Assembly: GCA_964016885.1 (NCBI GenBank)
Contig: OZ024742.1
Span: forward strand, 307,706,001 to 307,770,000
Reading direction: 5' to 3'
DNA: 64,000 nucleotides
Source: Eledone cirrhosa
Lineage: Eukaryota
Both the position numbers and the translations under genes were made by a program. This document shows positions 25,536-38,245 of this stretch, in pieces. Every line of letters starts with the position of its first letter. Position 1 is the first letter of the stretch. Under the pieces are notes generated by a model. That model did not search any database, had not been told where the DNA came from, and saw only the letters and a program-made list of their open reading frames with translations.

Positions 25536-27009
25536 TTCTCGAATTATTTTCTTGATACAAGACAAAAATAGCCAAACGATCATCATTGCAAGCAAAGTTC
25601 AGAGAGAAATATAAGAAACACATGAATAAGGAGAAACAGTGCCTTTTAATCCGAGTAACAAAAATAATGTTTTGTTAAGAACGCCGAGGACAGGGGATTG
25701 TGCATAGTGCAAAACAACGCCTTTCAGAGCAATGTTAGATTAGAGAATGTGGAAATGATAGTTGGGATCGGTTATAACTAGGGCAATATTTTTAGACATT
25801 AAAATGTTTAGATTTTACACCTTATTTAGACCCTATTTTTAGACTTTAAAAGATGTTTATACCCTATATCGATCTAATGATATAAATCTTAATTGAAGAA
25901 CTTTATTATTCATTAAATAAACATCAAATGACAGAATCAAAACTATTTACATATTATACATTTCTGCAATATAAAACTTCACGTTTTCAGGAGAAAAAAT
26001 CTGCCTTTAGTTAGTATTTTACCGCGCATTGAAAAACTACGAGTTTTCCATCCGGCAAATTCACCCTGGATCGTTTTTCTGCAATTTAGAGTTCAGATAC
26101 ATTTTCCTTTGGCACGGATTTGGGAAAAATTCACATTAGTGAAACTTTTAACTGCTTCCTCAGTTGAATTTAGCTTTTTCCACAGTAATTCCTGCTTCAT
26201 CGATTCCATTATAACTATCAAACGAAAGTGCTATTCAACTCAAAGATGAATATCGTGTGTTAGTATGGATTTTAGAGTATTGGAGGGTGAGCTACTCTGA
26301 AGATTGATGGTGTGTCTTTTGTAGCTTTATAAATTGCTATGCTTTGTTTGATATGGATCTTTTAATAATAAATTGAAAGTAATTTTCAATACCTTATTCA
26401 TTCCAGTGAAGAAATAGAATAAATAAGTTATCTAGGTCTCTAGTATATAAATATAAAGAAATCAGATAAAAATCGCTAGTTAGGGAAAGAAACGTTGGAG
26501 AATATTCCAGAATTTTGACAGCTATTGAAGATGATATAGTGATAACCAAATATTTAAGACCACCTAGACACTATTTTGTATTTCTCAACCATTACAAAGA
26601 ATTGCATCATCCATTTTTTTCTTTGCAAAATACTTTCAGCAGTCTAGAATGGATTTAACCTTATAGATAGTAGTATATTATAATTATTAACAAACACCAA
26701 ATTTATGGCTCATAGTATCAAACAAGAGAAGCGGTCGCTCTCCAGAGAAACTGCTCCTAGAAATCACCGTATAATGAAGAATGTAGATTATTATAACAGG
26801 AATGCACCAGGTAAAGTACCAGTAATGTACTGGTTAATTGCTGGCCTTGTGCCAAAAGTAGAAACAATTATAACAGGAATGAATATTCCTGTTATAGTAA
26901 TGGAAAGATTAGTAAATCAATTAAATGATGTAATTTAAATCCTGTCTATTCTTTATTTATTTATATATATGGTCTCTGAAATTATAAAACTACTGTGATT
27001 GGAGATTTA

Positions 27010-27044
<35 letters not shown>

Positions 27045-27473
27045 TGTGTCTGTGTGTGTGTGTGTGTCTTTGTGTATGTGTGTCTTTGTGTATGTGTGTC
27101 TTTGTGTATGTGTTTGTGTGTGTGTGTTACGTGTAGAGGTCGCAGATCAGTAATTGCAGCTGGTCGCTTATTGTTGAATGTTTCAGTGGAATGCAACGCT
27201 AACCTCAATTATTTTCATAAATATGACTATCCTAAACGCGCCATTTAGTGAGGAACTGTGTAGATGTAAGGTGAGTTAGAGAAGGTTTATTTCTAGTAAT
27301 ACGGCCTCATTTAAGTGCATAATTGCATTGTGGGTATTGCAGAAAATCTACTGTAATCTTTCTTTCCGAAGATGACTGAATGATGTAATGGCTATTCGCT
27401 AGATGTACTAGACTTCTGGCATTCACTTGGCGAATTTTAATATCACACACAGATTAAGAGACTTTACTATTAC

Positions 27474-27558
27474 CTGGATAAAAAAGCCTAATTCATTTCT
27501 ATCAAATGGATCTTTTCCCATCGTTCTTCCGCCTGTATTACAGTCTATTTGATAAACA
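27474..27558 (-). other. Candidate exon of an unidentified host gene or pseudogene
   Basis: Minus strand: ctaatttatctttccag| 85 nt open as VYQIDCNTGGRTMGKDPFDRNELGFFIQ |gtaata. Splice signals only; no homology recognised. Confidence 0.25.
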
Positions 27559-28396
27559 CTGGAAAGATAAATTAGTTTGAATCCTGCTTTAAGCTGATAT
27601 CAAATTCGCAAGGAAAAAAACTATTGCGTAGTCTTTCTAACACCGACATTTCATAATTCCAATAACGTTACAGTAAAGACAGTTATATACACATCAACAA
27701 AGTTGCTACTTAAGACATCAATAGTAATGCGTTTATTGGAAGATGGGGAAATGTTTTCTAACTATAATGAATGATTGCCAACTGGAATTGAAGTTTCTTA
27801 TCAAACATTTGGCTTAAAGAATCATTCCGCTGATATAAACCATGACGTATGAGAGAAAAATAAAATCAACAATATAATACTGAATACAATCGAAAAAATA
27901 TATAAATGTTAAAAACTATATAAAAATAACGGGAATTGCATTTGGTGCTATTTTTGCTGTTGCTGTTGTTGCTGCTGTTGTTGCTCTTGTTGTTGCCTCT
28001 GTTGTTGTTCTTAATGTTGCTGCCATTGTTTCCACTTTATCTCTTCATTCTTAAGAAATAAAGGATTATATTAAGAGTATGGAAATCGATTTAATTTTTG
28101 TCAGAGAGACTTTTAAGCTTCTTAAATCAATATTGATCTTTAGTTTAAGGATATAGGTCACCTTGGAATAATCGAAACCTTTGTCTACTATGTAAAATGT
28201 GAATACAATAAATAATTATTTGTCGTCTATCTTGAAATGTGTGAATGCGAATTATTTCAGAGATAGACGAATTGAAAAATAAGCGTAATACTATATTGTT
28301 GGCTTCGTTGTTATTTAAACCTATTAAATCTTAAGAATATATATATACATACATTCATATATATATGTATACATATATATATATTCCATAAATATA

Positions 28397-28427
<31 letters not shown>

Positions 28428-28443
28428 GTATGTATATGTATAT

Positions 28444-28595
<152 letters not shown>

Positions 28596-28646
28596 TATAT
28601 ATATATATATTATATATATATATTATATATATATTATATATATATG

Positions 28647-28693
<47 letters not shown>

Positions 28694-28809
28694 ATACGTA
28701 TTCTAGCCTGCAACTAATAAATAATGACATGTAAGAATAAGAACTATTGAAATAATTCATCATGGAATTACCACTCGATATTAAAATGCCTTCTTGCTCA
28801 TAATTATAT

Positions 28810-29280
28810 TTTTCTTCTTCACCCACTTATTCTTCACCCAGTCCAAATAAATCGTCTCCAGTTGATTTGGTTGGATACCCAAGTGAGGCCAGCGGAGTTC
28901 ATGGGTGTTGTTATCCAACTATATTATGTGGGAGTACCCTTTGGTCTCCTGCCGGTTGGTTTTGTCCATAAAATCTGTGCATGGATTTTTCCTGGGACAT
29001 TCTAACCACATGCCCGTAATATCGGAGCTGTGATCTCTCAATTCGGAGAAGTAGTGCCTCTACCTGGAAGGACTTGTTGATTACACAAATCCCATACTCC
29101 TTATTAAGTCTCCCTAGTAAAGTCAATGCTAAGTATCTAGCAAAGAGATGTAGGGAGATTGTCGAGTACAAGCTAGCTGATGAACAGTGTGGTATCGCTC
29201 CCGACGCAGCATGGCTGACCAAATATTTACACTGTAGAATATTTTTGAGAAATCGATGAAGTACTGCCACGAATTGCACG
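28810..29280 (-). mobile_element. RTE-clade LINE remnant with an inverted RT fragment
   Basis: Minus: EALLLRIERSQLRYYGHVVRM (RTE C-terminal motif). Plus strand 29095-29260: SLLSLPSKVNAKYLAKRCREIVEYKLADEQCG (RT domains 1-2). Confidence 0.7.
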
Positions 29281-32200
29281 GAGACTACTGTGAAAGGTTC
29301 ATAAATATCCTCGAAAAGTTTTTTTTTCTTTTATAGTCACAGAGTGTGTTCTTTGAAAATACGTTTGCGCAGAGAATAAATCTCTTATATTCTGTTAAAC
29401 CTAAACCAAGATACTTGTAAGATTTTAGCAGGGTCCATTCTGATGCAACTATTTGGATCAAGTCTTTGGTTTGACGAGACTGTAATACCTTTTCCTACAG
29501 CTGCAAAAGACCTTGAAATGTGTCAAAGGTACTGATTAATCGAGTATCATATAATTTTTCTTTGATTCAATCAGTATCATATAATTTTCCTTTTCAAAAT
29601 CAATGGAAGATATTTTCTCGAAACATCATCGCACATACTGTGATTAAAGAATCAACAATTTTAAATAGTTTTCGAAAATAACTAAATCGTTAAGGAGAAT
29701 TTGTTCACTATCCTCAGCGTTGTATTGAGTTCTTTACCAAGATATTGGTTCAATCTTTGGTTGAATCTATCTAGCAGTAAATAGACACTGCATGATAAAT
29801 ATATACTAGTGATATTTCGAATTAACATTTTATTAGCTTGCAATGTGTCTCTTTAACGCCCAGAGTTAAAGTATTTACTACAATAATTAATAGACCATGT
29901 GTGAGTGTGTACATTTATGACATTCTCTAACCACCAAATGGTTTTAATATTTGATAAATATTAGTTATATGTTTCGATTTTAGACATTGAGATTAGAAGT
30001 TACAATACGCATATATTGCACTTCACTGATATTGCAATGCATATAAATTGTATGTCCTATCACTCAATTTGAATATTAGAATATATTATTTGTAGCCTGA
30101 CGTACGCTTGATTCACCATCTGTGACAATTCGAGATCGTCATAAGTAAACCTAACATCATAGGTTAAAGTTGAAAGCTTGAACTACTCCACTAAGTTATG
30201 AATGAAGTTTTCAAAATATATTGCAAAAGCTCGAAGTGAAAATAGAAAATTTATTGAAAATGTTAAACTTTAGTTATTTTACAGTTTCTTTGGTAGTCTT
30301 CAAAGAACACCACTTTATCCTTGCAGATTTATGGAATCTACTTTCTATATTTTAAATGACAAGATATTTGATATAAATAACAGTAAACATAGAATCAATA
30401 TCAAAATATTTCAATGGAATATGAACATTATTGTAATAGTATAAGGTGTATGCATAGGGTCTGTGTAATAACAGTGATGTGAAATTTGTTGATATGATAT
30501 AGAATTCTGAAATATATTTAGGGTAAACAATTATATGGAATTTATTAGACCTGGTCAGCAACGTCATGGACTTTTGTTGAACATGTGAAGAAAACTATCA
30601 AAGTTTTTAATAAAATATATTTTTTATATTTTAAGTTAGGCCATCTCTTTTAATTCGTTCAATTACCTTTTCGTGCGACTCATGTGATCTTTAATATACA
30701 TTATCTTAATAATATGGACGTTAAATATGTATTTATAATTTTAAATATGATAGAGAAATAGTTGGAGGACATTGTTTTATTCAGCAAGCCAAAGAACTTT
30801 AGAAAGGAATAATCACTTGTTTGATACCGCTGATGTACAACTCACAGTACGGAAAACGTCATTAAGCGTTATATTAATATTTATTTATAATTGCAAATAT
30901 TATATCTTAATATGATTATGGTGAAAGTTACGTAGAAATTGTTTGTTATATAAACATTAGTTAACGTGAGAAACCATTTATCCACTAATAAGCAGTATGT
31001 ATATTTGAGTCGAAAGTGTTAAAATCAGTATCAGTAGAAGATTAAAGAAAATAAAAGGAAACTCTTGTCTAATTTATGTAGTTCATGCTACATGTTCTAT
31101 ATAAGACAGACTGCAATTATATTAATGTTATTTTCTGTTTTTCAATTGAACACAGAAGATTAAGATATCAATAAAACATTCGCCCAATTCAAGAAAACTA
31201 TGCTGAACATAGAAAGGAAAATATCTTATAATCGAATGTATGATTATAAATACCATCATTATCGCTATTGATGTTTATAGGTTAATCCTGCGATTTATTA
31301 TACAAAAGACATTCAGAAGTTTTTATATGAATATTAAATATTTTGTAAGCGGATATCGAAGCACAAAATGTTCTGGTTATAATATCTTTACGGTTCGTCA
31401 ACGTCATCCCACAATATATTTATGGCGCTGAAATATAATGGCCTGGCATATTTATGGGATCAGAGTTTCATGATATAGCATCTTTATTATACATTTCCTA
31501 TTACTAAATATCTCTTTCATGTACACCAAAAATTGGAACACTCTTCTCGTTAGCTGTATCAATCTCTGCTAAAAGAGGAAATCTAGGAACATAAGGTCAA
31601 AGAAAAAGGACGATTCATTATACGTTCCAGCTGAATATACACCATTTGGATGAGGAAACTCGTGTAAATAAATAAAATATCACTTTACGTTTTGTTCTCT
31701 TTCTTTACAGATAGCCCTCTTTTCACAAGGCTACACAATCTTCTTATAGATCAGCAGAAACACTACAATATGGACGGATGTCTGCTAGTCACAAATAACA
31801 GAAAATGAGAAGAAAAACCCTTTTTGTTATTTCATTTCCTGTTTGACTGAGATGCTGCAAGGGCAAATGTAAATGCGTGTGTTAAAGAGAGAGAGAGAGA
31901 GAAAGAGAACGAGTAGGAATAGAATCTGTTGGCAGACAAAACATTTAATTTCGGCTCTCTGCTAATATATTGTTTGACTTAACTCCGCACTACCAGCGGT
32001 TTCAAGACGAAAACAGTCTAACATTATCAGATGTATTTCAGACAATGACTTGTCTCAAATACACATAAAGATTTATACGTGTTTTCGACATACCGAGAAT
32101 GAGGTACAGTGGGGAAAGAACAGTGTATGGCCTCTTATGAAAAATTCAATAAACACTATGTAATGCTTAATGTTCACTTGCATATCAGCATATTCCTTTA

Positions 32201-33232
32201 CGCCGAGTATTAATTAAATAAAATATTGAGATAACGTTAGTCGATAAATTTATATATATATTCTATATACGTACCGAACTCTCAAAATAGCTGTTAAACC
32301 GCAAGATAATCTCAATAGAATCTCTATAAATAACTCGGATACATTAGTCTGTTTTTACAGTATCTACTGAGTATAATCTTCAGCTGATATAGAAGATTTA
32401 CCGTAGATTACAAATATTAATGAAAAAATATTTAACATCTGACATGCTTTTTATCTCATTTATCTGCCAGGACAATTGTATATTCATTATTTATGTAGAG
32501 AACTGATTATAAATATGGAGTGAGATGTTCCATATATATTGCTTGAAGACCTATCACAATAAAACTCCTCAAATGATTATTTAGTATAGCGTCCAACTTG
32601 AAAACAAACAACAGAAATACAATTCTAGTCATTTCCTGAATTCATATGCCCAACCGAATATATAAATACAGCCAATACATAATCAACATCTCTTTCCCTC
32701 ACTAACAAGTATATAGACGTGCACTACATGTAACTGAAGAATCCGAGACAAAAGTCTAATATTTATCTTATTAATATTAATGTATGTATATTCACATATT
32801 TTATATGTTGACTAACCTCAAGAGCTGCTACACACAGAGAGAATTAACATAGGACGATAAAATACCAAGTATTGGTGGACAGATTCCACATTTTGTCGGG
32901 CGCTGTTGAAATCTCATCTTCTCTCTATCACTGTATACTGGTTTTTCTTACCCAAACCAGGATGTGGGCATCGTAATTATGGAAGCTGCTCCGAGAGTTA
33001 CAATGACGTATGTAGTGGATATTCCGGGTAGATTTTCCAACCAAAATTGTAGAGTTTTTTACACTCCCTTTTGTTCCCCTACTTTCATTTGTGTTTTAAG
33101 AATTCTAAATATATTATATTATAAATTATTTTGCAATATGGGTTTACAGATACCTTCATCACAACGCGCATATCTTCAGTCAAATGACTCTTTAAATTGT
33201 GTGTAGTGCATTTGTGTGTCGTATATAAATAT

Positions 33233-33418
33233 GTGTTTCTACTATTGGCACAAGGCCAGCACTTACCCAGTACATTACTGGTACTTTATTTTATCGACCC
33301 AGTAAGGATGAAAGGCAAAGTTAACCTCGGCGGGATTTGAACTCAGACCGTAAAGAGACGTAACTATGCTGGAAAGCATGGCGTCCGACTCTCTACCGAT
33401 ACTGCCAATTCACCGCCT
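33233..33418 (-). mobile_element. S1 SINE, well preserved
   Basis: Close to the reverse complement of the 20828 copy. Confidence 0.9.
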
Positions 33419-34336
33419 ATATAAATATATAATTCACCGCGTATAAAATATATAATGTTCCGTCTAAGGAGAACAGAATAACTTTGTAATATATGTCTGA
33501 CAAGGAAAAACATATTCATTGAATTTTTTAATATATTTTAGTTATAAAGGAAGTTTAAATTAAATGTTAGTGTAGTTTGATTTAAAAAAATATATTTTCT
33601 GTTATAAAGTAAAAAAAAATTAACAAGTATATATGTTATAAAGCAGTCAGTATTTTGTTTCTGGCAACCATACTAAATATAGTTAAATACTGTTTAGAAT
33701 TTATTATTTCATTCGCCCGAAGAGAATGTATAGACCTTAAAACGAAAAAAAAAAACAAAAAACAAAAAAATAAAACATGCAGTTTTTAGATTACAAAGCT
33801 AGCTTCAAAATTATCTTTAGATACATGCATATCTAATATAATAACTCTCTGTCTTTGTGTTGTATATTTCAATCATTATTTTCGTCGCAACCCAGCTAAA
33901 ATAATATAATAAATAAAGCAAGACAACCTAGTATTATTACCTCAGGAGAAATGACATTGTAAATTTGTTGATGTCTATTGTAAAGTTGCTCTTTTGAGAG
34001 AAAACAGTGCAGTAATGTCGCCCACGCAGTGAATAATAAGTAATAAATGTATTCGACAGGAGTATTAACTTTGAAAGCTCTATTGGAATTTAGATGTGAA
34101 GAAGCATTAACATTCAAATTTTTCTATTTTGAGTTATATTACCTTTTCATTTTCTCCTATAGATATATCTCTTTCTGTATCTTTGTTTCCCTCTTTAGCT
34201 GGCTATAGGTATTTAATATGAATTTCTTTCACTGACATACATACAAGCATATACATACATGTGCTCCAAAACGATTTCGAGACATAGTCACTTTTTACTA
34301 TATATATATTTATGTATATATGTATATATAGAGATT

Positions 34337-34413
34337 TTACCCACTCTACTACCCTAAGTATTGAGTACTTTGGTGCGTTATGGTCCACCTGGTTCCTTAC
34401 CACATTTCCTTCG

Positions 34414-34415
<2 letters not shown>
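34337..34415 (+). mobile_element. Family A 3' fragment ending in (TA)n
   Basis: TTACCCACTCTACTACCCTAAGTATTGAGTACTTTGGTGCG...TTCCTTCGTT(AT)n. Confidence 0.8.
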
Positions 34416-34466
<51 letters not shown>

Positions 34467-34598
34467 AAGACTAAAATCCAAAGAGATTTCGATAAGGATA
34501 AATATATATAAAATATATAAGGACACTAGAGCAAATATTAATTAAAATAACAGATTAAAGTTTAAGCACCTATTCTTTACTTAAACGTTAATCTGTTA

Positions 34599-34651
<53 letters not shown>

Positions 34652-35862
34652 AGTGTAACTTGGAGTTACTGTAGGTTCACCCGGGTGAGCACTCGATGTT
34701 TAGGTTCACTTCTGTGTTGAGGTGTAGATCTATACAGAGTGTAATATATTGAAAGGATAACAAGGGCGATTGTTTACTCCTTCATCACATTTATTGGTAG
34801 GTGACGCGCGTTTCGCCACTGATCAGCTCAAGGTTCGATCTGTATCGATCTTACCCGACTCTATAATCGGCAGCTCGACGTCCTTGTTATCCTTTCAATA
34901 TATATATATTTATATATATATATATGTGTGTGCATATATATGTATATATATGAGAGAGACATATATAAAGTACAATTTGAATATATCAAATGATATAAAC
35001 ATCAAAATTACGCTTGATATTAAATGATGTGATTAGAAGAAATATTTTTACTCTTTGTTCCTGTAAATAGACTGGGGCCATGCGGAGGCATCACCTTGAT
35101 TTAATTGATCATAACGGCACAAGTAATTCTTTTATTCAATTCTGGTATTTACATCAGCTGTAGAATTTTGTCGAACTGCTAAGTTATGGGGTGGGGGGAG
35201 GGTGTAATGACATAGACAAAAGTTAACACAAGACGGATAGCCACATGAACATATTTACATACATACATACATGCACCCCCCCATATATATATATATATAT
35301 ACATATGTTATATATATTATATATATGTGTATGTATATATATATATATATATGTATATATCATTGGATACCATCATGGTTCCAGGTGTTATATCAGAGTT
35401 TTCTTTCTCCTAGAATTCTGCCTTGACAAAGGCTAAAGGGTCATCTCTCCCGGTGATGTTGACTTGTTCTTATTTTTGGTAAATATCATCTTGGTTAAGA
35501 GAGTGGGACTGGCTTTGTGCAGTGCCTTTGCTCACTATAAAAGCTTCACGGCACAGGCATTGCTTTATATCTGGAGATCTCTCTGCACTTGTCGTCACAT
35601 GGTACCATGGGCCCAGCACTATGTGTCAATAATTGTCACAAGTGTAGTGTTTGTACCAGAGTTTTTAAGTCGCTGGCTGGACTAAAGAGTCACACTCGTT
35701 CAACGCATCGGTAGGGGTTCTCCTACATGGATATAAAGTAGTGGCCGTACTCGAAAACGAGTTGGCAACCACCATATGTATATATCGAGAGATAGATATA
35801 TATATATGCATGTATATACATATATATCTATCCCTCTATATATGCATGTATATATATATATA

Positions 35863-36055
35863 TGACAAAGAGGGTGTGGTGAGATACCAGGTGGACCATA
35901 ACGCACCAATACTTAGGGTAGTAGATAGGGTAATAGGAAAAGAGTCAGGACCCCGACGGCTGAGCTCCGGCCGTTTCGACAACTAGATCCGAACTGTTCG
36001 GATCTAGCTGTCGAAACAGCCGAAGCTCAGCCGTCGGCGTCGTGAATCTTTTCCT
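35863..36055. mobile_element. Family A-related palindromic element
   Basis: CCGACGGCTGAGCTCCGGCCGTTTCGACAACTAGATCCGAAC / GTTCGGATCTAGCTGTCGAAACAGCCGAAGCTCAGCCGTCGG. The left arm shares GGTGGACCATAACGCACC and ATACTTAGGGTAGTAGA with family A. Confidence 0.75.
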
Positions 36056-37289
36056 ACACACACACACAGACACAGACACACACACACGCGCATATATATA
36101 TATGAATTTATTTCTATATAGAATATAATGTACCCTCTATACTACTAATAAATTAGGTAGCGTATTTAAGTGTTGTTGTTTTCATTTCGTTTTGGAAAAC
36201 CATTCTTAATTTTAATTAGTGAACCCGAGATAGTTGCTCAAGGTGTCATGTAGCTAAACTGAACCAAGAACCAGATCTCTCTAACCACACTATATTGCTT
36301 CCGCTTAAACTTTTTAAAACGTATTAAAAAAGTCTCTTAAAGAGTTGTGCAGGCTTGAATAGAATTATACAGGGAGATTCAGTGTAATTTAGAGTATGAC
36401 AAGGCGGACCGTTTAAATTATAAGTACAACACATTTTTGCCAGGTGATTGAACTGGATGGAGCACCGTGAAATAAACTGTTTGATCACAAGGCGCCGCTT
36501 GGTAGTGACTTCTCAACCATACTGTAGTGAACGGAACACAACTAACCACTAAGTCACGCGCATTCACAGTATCTGTTCTATCAAAGTGACTAGTAAATAT
36601 AATGATTTCTAGGACTCACACAATATCACTAATGTTTTCAGGAAGGACTATTGTCGTATAAATCAGCTGCCATACTTGAATAAAACATATGTCTCTAATT
36701 TGGAATTATTACAGTAAATTCGACTTCGGCGCGAATTGAATTCAGTACCTGCATTTTGACCAATACTTTATCGATAGTTTTATCCTCATCATTACACTAG
36801 CAATATTAATTATTGAAAAGAATGTTTCTAGAAGAACAGCTTTTTAAAAACTAAACTGTTCTCCTGGTAACATTTCCAGAGGATATGTACATTGTCCTTT
36901 TCAATCTAGAAAGAATAAATAATAATAAAATCCTGATATATTAAATCATGATTCAGAAATATTTACAAAGCTACATTCTCTGATATTACATTGGTACTAA
37001 TATCGATATTTATATTACTTTCAGTAATGAAGAACATGCTGATCACACTCCCTCCGGCTCAATACTAACAGAAATCCATTATGACAATCTATAAGAAACT
37101 CATTTATTTATAAAGCAATAGCTTTAAATTCCATATAGATTAAGAAATATATGAATAATCTCTGTCGAGATGTAATTCACATTTGAAGTGAAACAACAAA
37201 ACTAGAATACGAAAAATATTTGCATTGTTATTACTAAGTTACCCAACTGCTGCTACATTGATTTTTACGATATAGAAAGGCCAAGTTTA

Positions 37290-38245
37290 TTCGAAATTTC
37301 ATAGTCAGTTACACTGATCCCAGTACCCGATTATGACATAATTTATTGATTGAGAAATGGGTTACTTAAAGGCATCTCTAGTGAGATTTGAATTGAGAAC
37401 GTAAAAAGACTAAGTAGCTAGGAAACTTAAGTTCTTTTTCTATGGTGCTTTATCGATTCTGCCATCTACCACTACAAACCTTCACTTTGATAATCAACAC
37501 TGGATCGACCTCAGAAAGGTCACCCAAGAATACTCGTAGCTACAATTACTAATATCAAACTGCCTATAAAACAGTAATATAAATGGTTAATAACAGCGAC
37601 ACAAATCCAATCATTTAGGAGGACGGAAAGTCAGTTAAACCGACTCCGGTACGTGAAAGGTACTTTATTTTATCGAACCAGGAAGAATGAAAGCTAATGG
37701 TCATCCAGCGGGATTTGGATACATAACATAAACAGCCGGAAAAATATCAACAACACTTTCATCCCGGGAAAAAACAATTCTGCCAATGCACCAACCTTCG
37801 CATTAATATCAATATGAAGGAGCAAATGTTATCTGAATAAATGAATCGGTTTTCTCATCGATGTTCTAGATGTTCAATTCTCAATATATTCTAGTTTACG
37901 TTCCTGAGCATTTCACATACATGTATATCTAATATAATATCCTCAAGCAGTATCATAAAACTTTGTTTGACGAAATTATGGCTTTCAATCGAGTGTATAC
38001 TCCATCAAACAGTTTTTCCCATGGGTTTGGCAGACAGTTGATTAACAGATAGTAGATCAACACGTCGGATGTATCATGATATTTGCTCCAGCTTTTTAGA
38101 TTTTGAGTTTAGATCCACTGAGGTCAACTTCATCTTCCAGGTTCGATAAAATAAAGTACCATTGAAGAAAGGGGATCGATATAATTAGCTTTACACACGC
38201 TCCCAAATTATTGGCTTTGTGCGAAAAGTACAAATCATTATTATT
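37290..38245. mobile_element. Three old S1 SINE copies (about 37290-37470 minus, 37590-37795 minus, 38022-38245 plus)
   Basis: GGTACTTTATTTTATCGAACC and CGATAAAATAAAGTACC cores. Confidence 0.6.

Noticed and set aside
25770-26660. Possible old DNA transposon (TTTAGAC-type subterminal motifs)
   Set aside because: No clear TIR, target-site duplication or transposase motif could be read.
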